A stretch of 61,460 nt of DNA, counting the filler. It is 13 parts of 13 records of this genome, joined end to end, with 100 filler letters (N's around TTAATTAATTAA, not from the genome) between each part and the next. Parts side by side here need not be neighbours in the genome. Positions count along the whole stretch, not along the records: positions 20,151 to 24,221 come from SRR15195285_5710; positions 24,322 to 28,665 come from SRR15195285_5715; positions 28,766 to 34,709 come from SRR15195285_5724; 10 more parts are not named here. The stretch is one strand, 5' to 3'. This document shows positions 21,813 through 32,900 of the stretch, one piece after another. Each line of letters opens with the position of its first letter. The stretch's first letter is position 1. Made by a program: the position numbers and the translations under genes. The notes below the pieces were generated by a model. It was not told the DNA's origin and did not search any database. It saw only the letters and a program-made list of their open reading frames with translations.

Positions 21813-22308
21813 CCTCCCAAGCGCCGCTACGGTGGCATCGAACCGGCCCACACGCGCGCCACGTCGAAGGGTATATACAAGTAGATAGGTGCGCCAGCGG
21901 CCAGCGAGGGGCGAGGGCCGGCCAGCGTAGCGGCCCGCGCGCTCGGGACACACGCGCGCTCGCGGTCGCCGCGCGCGGCGCGCGCTTGACCAACGCGTAA
22001 CGCTTATAACGCGCGGCTGATGACGACCGATCATCCACGAACGTTCAACCTGGGCACAGCAGTAGACACTTTCCGGGTGTTGTGCTGATTGAAAACTCGT
22101 GCGGATTGTGGTCCAGTAGGGTTGCAGGTACGTATACATACAGTATATATACAGTATGAAAAAGTCAAACTCACAAACAAAACAAATACGACTTACAATA
22201 TAGAATCTTACATGTCGCCACCTATTTTGTGGACAGGTTATGTAGCGGAAACCGGTTCCACGCACGGCAAACGTGGCCCCGTTACCCCTATCTATTAACA
22301 GCTAGGAC

Positions 22309-23848
22309 ATGGCAGACTACTACGGTGCATCGCAGCTCTACCTGAACGCACTCCATGACTTTGAGGAGCAGGGGTATTGCGTGGTGAAGGGGCTGCTCGA
22401 TCCGGCTGCCCTGGGGCCCGTCCGAGAGCTTGTCTGTACGTTCACCGGCGACGTGCACATTTCTCCTGCCTCTTGCCGCCGCATTTGCCCGGGCTTATCC
22501 TTTGCGCGGTGTACCTCCTCGGGATTCGTGGTTGCTGCCGAAACCACGCTGAATCTTCGGAGCAGCTCGTTACGTTGACGCCCGCGCCGAGCGCCTTCAT
22601 GCCGACGGCCACATCACGGCGCTGTGCGAGGACGCGCCGTTCGAGAGCCGCTGGGCAAGGCTCCGTGCTCAGGTGGAGGACAGCGGGCCGACAGGACCCA
22701 TCGGGTCCACGTCTGATTGGGGAGTCCCATCTGCAATGGGCGAGTTGCTGCTTGCGGAACCTGTACATGCCCTCTATCGACAAGCAGAGCTCACAAGGCT
22801 TGCGTCTATGTTGCTGAAGACGGGCGATGTGTACAGCTGCGGCAACTACTGGTTCCGCCCGATGACGTGTGATGACTCGCAAGGTCACTACCCACTGCAT
22901 CAAGATTCTTACTTCTATGGGGGAGAGGTATCTATGCCAGAGCGCTGCGATATCCTATCCGTTTGGTGCGCACAACAGTTCCATCCGCGTCAGCGCATCG
23001 CTCCCATCAGCTGAAGTCGTGCATGCCTCACGACTTCGTTGCTCGTGGCGTCCTGTTTTGGCCAGGATTCCTCTGGTACCAGTGGACGAAACTACAGGGG
23101 TAAGCGTGGACTCGTTTTCCACCGCACGCTGTCCTTCTTGTTGAGTGGGTTGTCGTAGTGAGTTTCACTCACGGACGGTGCGTGTTGAAAACGGTGCGTG
23201 TTCCATGCTACGGCTGCCGGTGCGTCAACTGCAGGCGCTCCTGCTCGTCCCAGGCAGTCATCGGCTTGGCAAGCTGCCAATGGAATTTGGCAACTGGCAA
23301 AGTGGCGACTGGGTGCAGCCAATGGACGAGATTACCCGGAAGTATGGAGTTGCAGTTGCTTCAGAGCCGATGCAAGTTGGCGACGTGCTGTGAGTGCCGG
23401 TTGCGAGGTATTGTTTTGTGTCAGCCTTCTGTAGCAGTTCAGTCTCAATCTCTTTCTCCGCGGAGCGGTCGGGTGTCGAGTGGTGCGGTGGATATAACCG
23501 TTTGCCTGTGGTACTCGCAGGTTTTTCCACAACCTGGCGCTACACGGTTCTGGAGAGCACTTGCGCTCGGATTTTGTTAGATGGGCACTAGACTTGCGCT
23601 ACGAACGAGCCCCTGATCCGACTCGATACTCACAAGGCGACCAGTATTATCAGCAGTACCCGAGCTTTTTGTGCCACGTTGGGGACGCTGATAACACTGG
23701 TGGTGAAACGGCCGCGGAGACGCGTCGTGAACTTGAAAGCTGGCAGGAATGGCTGCACATGTGGTCAGCAGCAGGAGCAGTGGTGGCGAAGGACGAGCAG
23801 CAAGAGGGCGACTTGAAAAATACCGCTAAGCACAAGCCACGGCTGTAG
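22309..23848 (+). CDS. Phytanoyl-CoA dioxygenase (PhyH) family Fe/2OG dioxygenase; introns 22436-22565, 22966-23065, 23100-23234, 23390-23520
   Basis: FEEQGYCVVKGLL, LHQDSYF, SVWIPLVPVD, LVPGSH, GDVLFFHNLALHGS, RWALDLRY assembled across canonical introns. Ends ...KPRL. Confidence 0.88.
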
Positions 23849-23921
23849 CATGGTAATCTAGCCACTATGAATTCTAGCATTCTCGGCAGCGTCCGGGCAG
23901 TCACCGTTTATTGGAAACGAA

Positions 23922-24221
23922 CTACACGTCAATCCCGTCCGGCTCGGGAGCCGGGCTCTCCGAATTCCCGCTATCCTCAGTCTTGCTATCTGTGCCGTGC
24001 TTGTCTCTGGCCTTACTCGGCGGAGCCCGTCCACTTCGCTTTGCTCGGCTTGAGCGAAGATCTTGTACTTTGTCGTTGACCTGAGCCTGCTCTTCAGTAG
24101 GTACATCTGCCTTAGTGGCCTGTTCTCCCGTCGGTTTGACTTCCTTTGCCGCTCCCCGCTGGGCGTCTGGCTCAGACTCTGGCTCAGGCTCAGGCCCAGG
24201 CTCAGGCTCAGGCTCTGGCTC
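23922..24221 (-). CDS. C-terminal low-complexity fragment (EPEPEP...) of a truncated protein
   Basis: Open frame from the contig end: EPEPEPEPGPEPEPESEPD...PEPDGIDV*. Confidence 0.5.
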   Translation of the reverse strand, partial: EPEPEPEPGPEPEPESEPDAQRGAAKEVKPTGEQATKADVPTEEQAQVNDKVQDLRSSRAKRSGRAPPSKARDKHGTDSKTEDSGNSESPAPEPDGIDV

Positions 24222-24321
24222 NNNNNNNNNNNNNNNNNNNNNNNNNNNNNNNNNNNNNNNNNNNNTTAATTAATTAANNNNNNNNNNNNNNNNNNNNNNN
24301 NNNNNNNNNNNNNNNNNNNNN
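24222..24321. other. Artificial contig linker
   Basis: N44-TTAATTAATTAA-N44. Confidence 0.99.
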
Positions 24322-24726
24322 ACTCACGTGTGTAGGCACTGGGCCGCGGCCACATCGGGTGTGCAGGCAATGGGGTTTTGGCGATTGTTGTCCCCTCCAA
24401 GACTTTGCGGGCGGCGTGGCTCACCTACGACACCGTGGCGACTTCCTTTCTGACTGGCATGACCAAGGTTACCCGCGCTAATTTGGTTCTGCTGTGCTAC
24501 GGGTTCGAGAAGACACTGTGTGCTCCTATGGCTGGCCTGCCACTGCGGCGCTTGTTGCTATGGATGCATCAGTCCGGAGAATATGTACCTGCTCCACAGC
24601 GTCGATGGTGGGGTTGACGTCGGCGCGTGCCACCGTTCCGGCCAAGGACGGTAATGGCTTGTCACGTGGGTCGCTAATGATCAACGCAATTCGCGACGGC
24701 CGCGAGAAAATTGCAAACGGGCTGTG

Positions 24727-24795
24727 GCGCTAGAGCGGGGTGGGCTGTTGCGCTAGAGTGGGGTGGAGTGTCGCGTTAGAGCGAGGTGGCGTGTT
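24727..24795 (+). repeat. 23-bp tandem repeat x3
   Basis: gcgctagagcggggtgggctgtt / gcgctagagtggggtggagtgtc / gcgttagagcgaggtggcgtgtt. Confidence 0.85.
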
Positions 24796-25192
24796 GTATA
24801 TTCGTACCGTCAATTGTGTTTTTTTTCGCTAAGTCTAAATGAACAATGGTAGGATCCTACTCATCCGATATCCTATCATCATCAATATGTCAAGTTGCAC
24901 ACGCACGGTATCTAGGATACTTCGTTCATCACGGTTTGACTATACAGGGTGCGGAGGAGCAGGAGCTGGAGCGATGTTCGTCACTCGCGAGGAGGGATAT
25001 ATGGCCTGGAAATCTAAGCCATCTGCGACTCGCTCGGAGTGACAGCGAGTACCGTACAGCCGTACACTGACTGTGATGCTGTGACGCCGCAGAGGACACG
25101 GCTCGCTGAGCTCTTCCGCTCAAGCAGGTCCGGCCACTCGCTCGAGCATTGCGCGACAGAGTAGCAGGCATCAGTGAACATCGGATATTGTG

Positions 25193-25837
25193 ATGAGGCT
25201 CTCGGCGCGTGGGCCAGGCCGCCCGCCCGCCCCCATCGCCGCTGAGCCGGACTGGACTCTTGCGCGGCTCAAGTCCGCCGTCGAACAGGCCCTCGGCGTG
25301 CCTGCCACTGCTCAAACGCTTAAGGTGGGTTTTCCACCACATCCACTGCCGGATGGGGACGCAACAGCGACTCTGGCCACGCTCGGACTGGCAGACGGCG
25401 AGGTGATTGTGGTTGAGCAGCGTGGTGGGGTGTCGACAGCGCAGGAACACGCGCCCGAGCGGGCCAAGAGGGCCACTGGCAGCTACCACGGCAGCGAGGC
25501 TGACGTGGCTCGGCAGCAGCGGCAAGCTGCAGAGGTGGCTGCGGCTGCCCGAGGAACCACCGCCGGGTTCCGGGAAGGGGAGCGTGTCTTGTACCGAGGA
25601 CGCGAGCAGACTGTGACGATCGATGGTCAGGACGTTTCGATTGACGCCGAGCAAGTCGTGACGATCGTCAGCATCTCGACGGCGGGCCTGCAAGCTGGGG
25701 AGGAGCCGATGGTCGCTGTGCGGCTGGCTTCGGGCACGATTCGCGACACGACGTTCAGCCGACTCTCCGCATACAGAGCCCCACAAGGCGAGGGCGAGGG
25801 TGGATACGTCCCACTGCCCTCGTCGGCGACGAGCTAG
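25193..25837 (+). CDS. Protein with an N-terminal ubiquitin-like (OTU1/UBX-like) domain
   Basis: WTLARLKSAVEQALGVPATAQTLKVGFPPHPL...TLATLGLADGEVIVVE is a Ubl/UBX-like pattern including GFPP. Confidence 0.7.
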   Translation: MRLSARGPGRPPAPIAAEPDWTLARLKSAVEQALGVPATAQTLKVGFPPHPLPDGDATATLATLGLADGEVIVVEQRGGVSTAQEHAPERAKRATGSYHGSEADVARQQRQAAEVAAAARGTTAGFREGERVLYRGREQTVTIDGQDVSIDAEQVVTIVSISTAGLQAGEEPMVAVRLASGTIRDTTFSRLSAYRAPQGEGEGGYVPLPSSATS

Positions 25838-26309
25838 GTAGGCACCCGGACTAACACCAGTGCAAGGCGTGCGAGAGATCGACTTGTGCTCAGTTTGTGA
25901 CAAAACACAGAGAGCAGCGTAATCATTGTCTGACCACGGCCAACTCACACCCTAATCCTCTCGGTGACCACGTGTCCTGCACTCCTGCTCCTGCTAAGGT
26001 ATCGGCGCAGACTGTCGGTGGCAATATCTGCCAATGTGCACCAGTTGCGCAAACGTGGGTTTCGACGCCTTGGCGGTGAGTGCTTCGTTTGGTGACCCTT
26101 TCACCCTTGCTCGTTATCACTCGAGCGCGATGTGACCATGCCACTCAGGTGTAGCGCCGAAATTTCTATCCTCTGCCGAGTCTCCAGCCTGCGAGTACGG
26201 CATTAACATTTACTCAGCTTGCCAATTGGATAGCTGGCGCGGGTAGTCTGGCAACCGACCATATCAACCATCAGTAGATGGGCAAGGTGGAAAGTCTGTT
26301 TGTCATTTC

Positions 26310-26616
26310 TCACCCGATGAAGTCCGTGTCGTCCTGGGGGGATCGGTGGCGTCGGCATCTGACGATACCTGTCCCACGCAACACAATCAACAGAAGCGAA
26401 AACAGCAGCGTCGCCATCCTTGCCACCGCACGGCATGGGCTATCATTGGAAACAGGCTTGCAACGGTCATACCATGCGAGTACATGAACGCACCAAGGAG
26501 TGCAAGGCAAAAAGCCAGCGACATGGCGGCAAAGAGCGGGATCGTTGCAACGGAAATGTCTTCAGGCCACGGTATATGCCGTCGTGGCTCGCTCAGCACG
26601 TAAAGAATGGCGACTG
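26310..26616 (-). CDS. Possible small spliced membrane protein (3' exons only)
   Basis: Hydrophobic exon (PLFAAMSLAFCLALLGAFMY) flanked by plausible AG and GT sites. No family recognised. Confidence 0.3.
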
Positions 26617-27248
26617 CATAGACAAAACCGCCAATGCAAATTAGATGAAATTAGATGCAAAACCCTCTAGTAGGCCAGGCATTTCAAGGTGTTTGCGTGC
26701 GGTGAAACGAGTGGCCAATGTCCAACTGTGAGACGCACATGTCAATATAGAAGAACACTGCGCTCTAATAGATCTATAAGAATTACTACCTCTAGGTAGG
26801 TATGCAAACCTGATACAAACCACGTTCGCGCGCTCGCCGCCGGCCGGTGCATGCTGGTGCCATCATGGGTGGTGCCGCTGGCGGGTCGTTCATACAAATT
26901 ATAGGGGAAGCCGTGACGCGGGGCGGAGTTGGCGATGGCGGCCCCATCAAGTTGAGTGGGTGGTGGTCGCCCTCTTTTCACCTTGCACTACTTGATTGAC
27001 TGTGAGCAGAGAGTAGCCCAATGTGTGCGCTAGTGCGCTGGTGCACCATCAGCAGGAGACCAGGCGAGCTGTAGAACGGACGTGTGGCGAGTGCACGCGA
27101 TGGCAGTACGCCACGCTTGTCCAGCGTCTGGGGTCTACTCAAGCATTGTGGATTGTGCGGAGGAATTGTGCCACCGGCTCGTCGACACTCATCGACGACA
27201 ACTAGGGCACTACCGGTAGTGGTAAAGTAGTCGACCAGCACTGTGTGG

Positions 27249-28600
27249 ATGTCGGAAATCAACTGCGACAGCAGCGCCAGCTCCACCGACAGCGCAGACA
27301 GCGTCGAGGCGCCACGCGAGCGGCTGCCGCAATCGACGCTGCAGGCGATGCAGAGGCTGTTTATCGGCCCAAAACCCACACAGCTGGAGCACTGTTGCAG
27401 TTTGTCGGCAAGGATCAGGCTCTGGGCGTACATCGGACCGCAGGCCGGAGGTGTTCTGGGTGGAGTGGCTGTGTTCGTGGTGTGCCACAGTGCTGGGACA
27501 GAGGCGTGGGAATCAATCGCCTGGGCGGGACTATGTGTGTGGGTGGGCGTAGGAGTGGCCGTGGGCGAAGCGACTCAGCAAGTGGCAACTGCACTGGTGG
27601 GCATGGAGCGGGCTGACCTTGAGTCAACAAGCAGTGGTGGCGCGCTAAACGCACCGCTGACTAACGGTCCAGACTCGCCACGCTGGGACAACAATGGCGG
27701 AGACAATGAATTGGTAGCGTTCTTGGAGAAGCTGCTGAGCTCAAGAGTCAGTAGCCGAGTGGCTCGAAGCACAACGCGAGCGGTCAGAGTGGCGGGAATT
27801 CAAGTTGTCGTCTTCGTAGTGCTCCTTGAGCTGTGTTTCGTCGGCATGTTATTCGCATTCGAGCGCGACACTGATGTCATCCTTGCTGACCACAACAGCG
27901 AGGAGTTGGTGCGCGACCTGGCATACTGCATGGTTTTGGCGGCGGCAGTCTCTGCGCCAGTCTGTGGGGCGGTTGGGGCTGGCTTTCTGCTTTTCTTCAG
28001 GATTCCGTGCGAAGTAGCGATCGATCGCATAAGGCGCCAGGCTCTTCGTATCGAGAGCGCGACCGCGGCAACCGCCGACTGGAACGCGATCATGGGCGCT
28101 ATTCAGCATGCTCACGAGATCACGGTGCGGCTCGGTGTGCTGTTGCACCCCCCACTGGTGGCGTTCCAAGTTGCAATGGTGCTCGCTGGTGTATGGTGGT
28201 TTATTTGTGGGATCGCACCGCGGGTGAACGTGCCAGAGGATCACCCGTTAAGTCTGTATTTCGGCCCAGGATTCTTCTTTTGTGCGCATTTAGCAGTCTT
28301 CTTCGGTGGTATGTGGCCGCTGTGCTACCCGGCAGCAATAACACACGCATGTGACGACCTAATGGTGTCCATCACGCGGCTCCGCGCGGCAAAAACTGCA
28401 GTAGCAACGAGCACTGATCCTGAATCCTTGCCGGTACGAGAGAAGCCGCAGAGGCGGCGGCGACAGCAGCACGTGCTTGCAAGCCCGAGCGACCTTGTCC
28501 GAATACAAGGCATTGAATCGTACGCGACGGAGCTCAATCGCGGGCAAGGGCTAGGGTTCTACCATCGCAACGTGAAGATTACTAACACGATCGTGGTGCG
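27249..28600 (+). CDS. 3'-truncated multi-pass membrane protein, candidate GRL/7TM ion channel (DUF3537-like)
   Basis: About 6 hydrophobic segments, then PLCYPAAITHACD...YATELNRGQGLGFYHRNVKIT, which resembles the TM6 to TM7a region of GRL/DUF3537 proteins. Confidence 0.55.
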
Positions 28601-28665
28601 TTCGGTCTCTTGGGCGCCTCTTCCTTCGGAGCATCCCGCCCTCTCCCTCTCCCTCTCCCTCTCCT

Positions 28666-28765
28666 NNNNNNNNNNNNNNNNNNNNNNNNNNNNNNNNNNN
28701 NNNNNNNNNTTAATTAATTAANNNNNNNNNNNNNNNNNNNNNNNNNNNNNNNNNNNNNNNNNNNN
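28666..28765. other. Artificial contig linker
   Basis: N44-TTAATTAATTAA-N44. Confidence 0.99.
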
Positions 28766-29311
28766 TGGATTTCGATCCCCCACTCGCTAATGGTGACGCA
28801 AGATGGAAATGGCAACACGATCGAGCCACGTTACGCTAACGTGCATGTGCAGAAGTCGTATATTTTGAATCTAAGCCATAGCACTGAAGCCGCCGATTCT
28901 TCGACTGCCAGAGCATCGGCAACCTCAGATCCACCAGCGCTGAGCGACGCACAGATGTCTAATGCGCGGGAAGCGTTCGACATTTTTGACCTGGATTACA
29001 GTGGGACCATCGATACGAACGAATTGACCATAGCATTGCAGAGTTTGGGCTTCAATCCATCAGCTACACAAGTGGACACGATGCTTCAGCAAGCCGATTT
29101 GGATGCCAATGGTACGCTCGATTTTGCTGAGTTCGTAGCGATGGTGGCCGCCCAAAACTCATTAGCAGCCAAGCTACAATCATTTACCAGCCAAAACCCA
29201 CCGGGCGAGAGATCCGGTGGAGCAACGAATCCTCTTTGTAGGCCTCCACCTCCGCCTCCACGTCCGCTCGAGGCGCGTGATGCTAATTTAGATATGGAAG
29301 TAGAGGTTTGA
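28766..29311 (+). CDS. C-terminal fragment of a protein with a calmodulin-like EF-hand pair
   Basis: AREAFDIFDLDYSGTIDTNEL and ADLDANGTLDFAEFVAM; frame is open from the contig start. Confidence 0.8.
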   Translation, partial: WISIPHSLMVTQDGNGNTIEPRYANVHVQKSYILNLSHSTEAADSSTARASATSDPPALSDAQMSNAREAFDIFDLDYSGTIDTNELTIALQSLGFNPSATQVDTMLQQADLDANGTLDFAEFVAMVAAQNSLAAKLQSFTSQNPPGERSGGATNPLCRPPPPPPRPLEARDANLDMEVEV

Positions 29312-29935
29312 GAGCCGCCTTTGAGCTGTGAGGGTGGAATATAAACGGTTTGAACCTATGACGCACTACACCACTAAAGACATTCAACGGCAAGAGTCAT
29401 TGCCACAACCACGACGATTGTAAGACCTAGCTCCTATCCTAGGAATCATCTGAGTTCTCGATCGAGCGTGTCACAACATACGAAGTTAGTGGGGTCGCTT
29501 AACGCAACCCAAGGAACCACACTTGCACAGTTCCAGATGTCACCGCGAGGTGTGAGGAACACAATCATAATGTTGTCTGCATGCTAACAAAATTGCGAAC
29601 CTTCACAATCATGCATAATTATCTTGACCGCAGCGCCGAGGACTAGGTCCACCACGCAAACGAGAGAGGGGACACAACTGCGGGACAGGACAGCAGCACG
29701 CGTGGAGGACGCCGGTGATACTAGTTCTATAACCACCCATCAGCGATGAGACATGAAGTGCGTATGTGCGCGCGCGACAACAATGTACCGTAGTGCTGCT
29801 ACACTGTTAGTTTCGCAGTCTAGATCTAGTTGTACGCGCGCATTAGCATTATCTCAAACCCTGGATATGGTCCTGCAAATGCATCTCGTTGTCTGCACGT
29901 TTACCCGGCTGGCTCATTTCATCGGATGCCACTAA

Positions 29936-32900
29936 TCAGATACCTCGAGGGGTGGGCCTCCGCTTCGGCTTTGGTAGTTGCAAGCCAGATTCTACAGCGC
30001 CACCCTCTGAACGCGACGGCGTATCATCTCGTCGTCCAGGTGTCACAATTCGGTGCCGTGAAGCGCTCTGTGCGATGAGGGTGAGCACTGGTTAGAACGA
30101 GTAGGACGCAGCAAACTCCGTTCCACAAAAGCGTGCTGAAACTGTGCGCGCACCTTTGCAGCGAGAGCCTTGCGATCAGCCGCCTCCTGCGCCTGCTGCT
30201 CCTTCATCCTGGCAGCGGACTCAGCCATCTCGTCTTCCATGCCCCGCTTACGCTTCTCAACTGATGCAGGTGACAGTGCACAGTGCAGCAGGGCACAGCA
30301 CAACACGGGCGTCAGTAGTTGTAACCATTGCATAAGGCGAGACGGGGCAACGATCTTACTGTCTCTCCGCTTTCCGATGCGCTGCGCGTAACTTTCCTTA
30401 ACACTGTAAAACATCGGCCCCAACTCTGCGAGCCACTCCGCCTCTACGGCACTCACGGTAGCCATGTACTCTTTTGAGGTGAAGATCAACTCATGGTAGA
30501 CGACGTAGTCTGGCGTATACCCAAGACCAGACAAGGAGGAGGACGGATGCAGATGCGCAGGCATCCCTGTGCGCATGTTCACGTACTCCCCAATGCCCTT
30601 GATCTTTCCAGCATTCGTGAAGTAGCCTGAGCAAATCGCCTTCCGGACGACATCCCAGTCAGAACCGCAAGAGATTACGTTCATCCGGAGCGTCTTCATT
30701 TGGTCGAGTAGCTGACTGCGCACCTCCCGCACCTTCTTCATCGCCTTGAAATTGATGAAATGCTTCGTCGCCCACGAAGAGCTGTATTTCGAGTTCTTCC
30801 ATTGCCCATAAGCGTGCAGCAATGTCAGGTGGTCTGATTCTGGCACGAAAAACTTCTCACGTGCAGCATCACTCTCTTCCTCTCGATCTTTTGGTCGGAA
30901 GAACACAGTGGGCACTGACAGCATCGAGACAATCGTGATGATCTCATCGGAGCACTTGAGCTTCTCGCCAGTGATGACCATGCGTGACAGTGGAGGGTCC
31001 AGCGGGAACTCAGACATCTGCTTGCCCACTGGTGTCAGCTTGCCGGTGTTGTCGAGAGCTCCAAGGATCCACAACTGATACATGGAATTCAAGATGTTAT
31101 CTTGCGGCGGTGGGTCCATGAAATCGAACGCCAGTAGATCGTCCACGCCCAACGTCTTCAGCAAGAGTACGACAGTCGCCAGATTTGTCCGCTGAATCTC
31201 GGGCACTGTCGCATGCAGCATCTCATCATCGTATGACGTCTCAGTGTACATCCTATACGCGTAACCAGGCCCAGTACGCCCCGCTCGCCCAGCGCGCTGG
31301 TTGGCATTTGCTTGTGAGATTGGCGTAATGTTGAGCGAGTCCATGCCGATCCGCGGATTGTACATTTTCAATTTGCAGAACCCAGAGTCTATCACGTACA
31401 AAATTCCATCAATTGTCAGCGAAGTCTCTGCGATGTTCGTGCTCACCACACATTTGCGCTGTCCATCCGGCGCTTCCTCGAATATCTTCGCCTGCATATC
31501 ACTTGGTAGCTGACTGTAAATTGGCAACAAGGCAAGAGGGGGCGGCGATTCTAGCACTTCAAGGCGCTCAGCGATGACGCGGCAGGTGCCTTCGATATCC
31601 TCCTGGCCAGTCATAAATATCAGTATGTCACCCGGCGGGAAGGACAGATGAATTTGTAGAGCCTGCTTCACCGCAGCCTCGACGTAGTCTTCGCAGTTGA
31701 ATTTTGAGAACATTTTGTCGACCTTGAACGTTCGACCAGGGATCATGAACTGCGGACAGCCACCGAAGAAGTTGGAAAACTTTGCCGAATCCAGCGTCGC
31801 ACTGGTTACTAGCAGCTTCATGTCGCGGCGTTTCGTAATGATCTTGAGCAAAATTCCAAACAGCACATCCGTGTGCAATGATCGCTCGTGAGCCTCATCC
31901 ATGACAATGCACGAGTACTGCTCCAGCGAATCTTCATTCAGCGACTCTCTCAAAAGGACTCCATCTGTCATATACTTGATCACAGTTTTCGGTCCGGTCA
32001 CATCTTCGAAACGAATTGCATATCCGACCTCTTCGCCGAGCGGAACGCCCATCTCTTCTGAAACCCGCTTCGCAACGCTCATTGCAGCGACGCGGCGCGG
32101 CTGTGTACAACCAATCACTCCGTAGTCAGAATACCCTTCTTCGTGCAAGTATTGCGTCATTTGGGTGGTCTTGCCAGAGCCAGTTTCACCCACGATAATC
32201 ACGACTTGATTATCTCGAATGACCTGCATCAGCTCCTCCCGGCAGCCGTAGACAGGTAGATACTCTCGCTGTTGCTTCATCGTCTTTGTTTTCGCAAACA
32301 TTGACTGCGCGGTACTCTTCTTCATTGCCCCGTATTGGGAGTCCTTCTTGTAATTCAGCTCGCCGTCTTCGTCTTCTTCCATCGCTTCTTCACGAGTCTC
32401 GCGTTTCTCCTTCTTTTTCATTCCCATAGCGTCACCCATTTTGCTCCCGGCTAGCTCCCAAAATTTCGCCCGCGACTTATCCTGGTCTTTCTTGTCCCGC
32501 ACTTCTCGGAGCAGCATGCTACCTTTGCGTGCCACCTGCGACATGACGGCAGTCGGATCCTTCACAGGCAGGACCATCTTCTGCTGTCGAGTGAAGACAT
32601 TTCGCCCGTCCAGGAACGGCGGTTTGGTGTCATGAACCATCAACTGAGTCCTCGCCTCTGTGCTGTCGTCGAAGTCCATGCTCTGGTTAGCGAGTTGCGT
32701 GACCACGCCAGAGCTGATCAATCGCCCCTCTTCCCACCGATCACGATCTTCGTTCAGACCAGCCTTGCGCTGCGAGACGCCAGCCTTGACCATCTTCTCT
32801 TTCGATCGCTTCGTTTCCAATTCTTCCACCTTGCTATCGTTCATCATGAAAGGATTAGAACCTTGCTCCTGGTAGCCGCCTTCCTCCATATCATACCACG

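Noticed and set aside
21813-22265. N-terminal extensions of ORF-track proteins (also 15087, 34557, 38274, 42761)
   Set aside because: They run through promoter-like sequence from alternative or upstream starts; downstream ATGs fit the family N-termini better.
29590-29645. U2 snRNA-like sequence on the minus strand
   Set aside because: Only a short resemblance, and it lacks the GUAGUA branch-pairing sequence.
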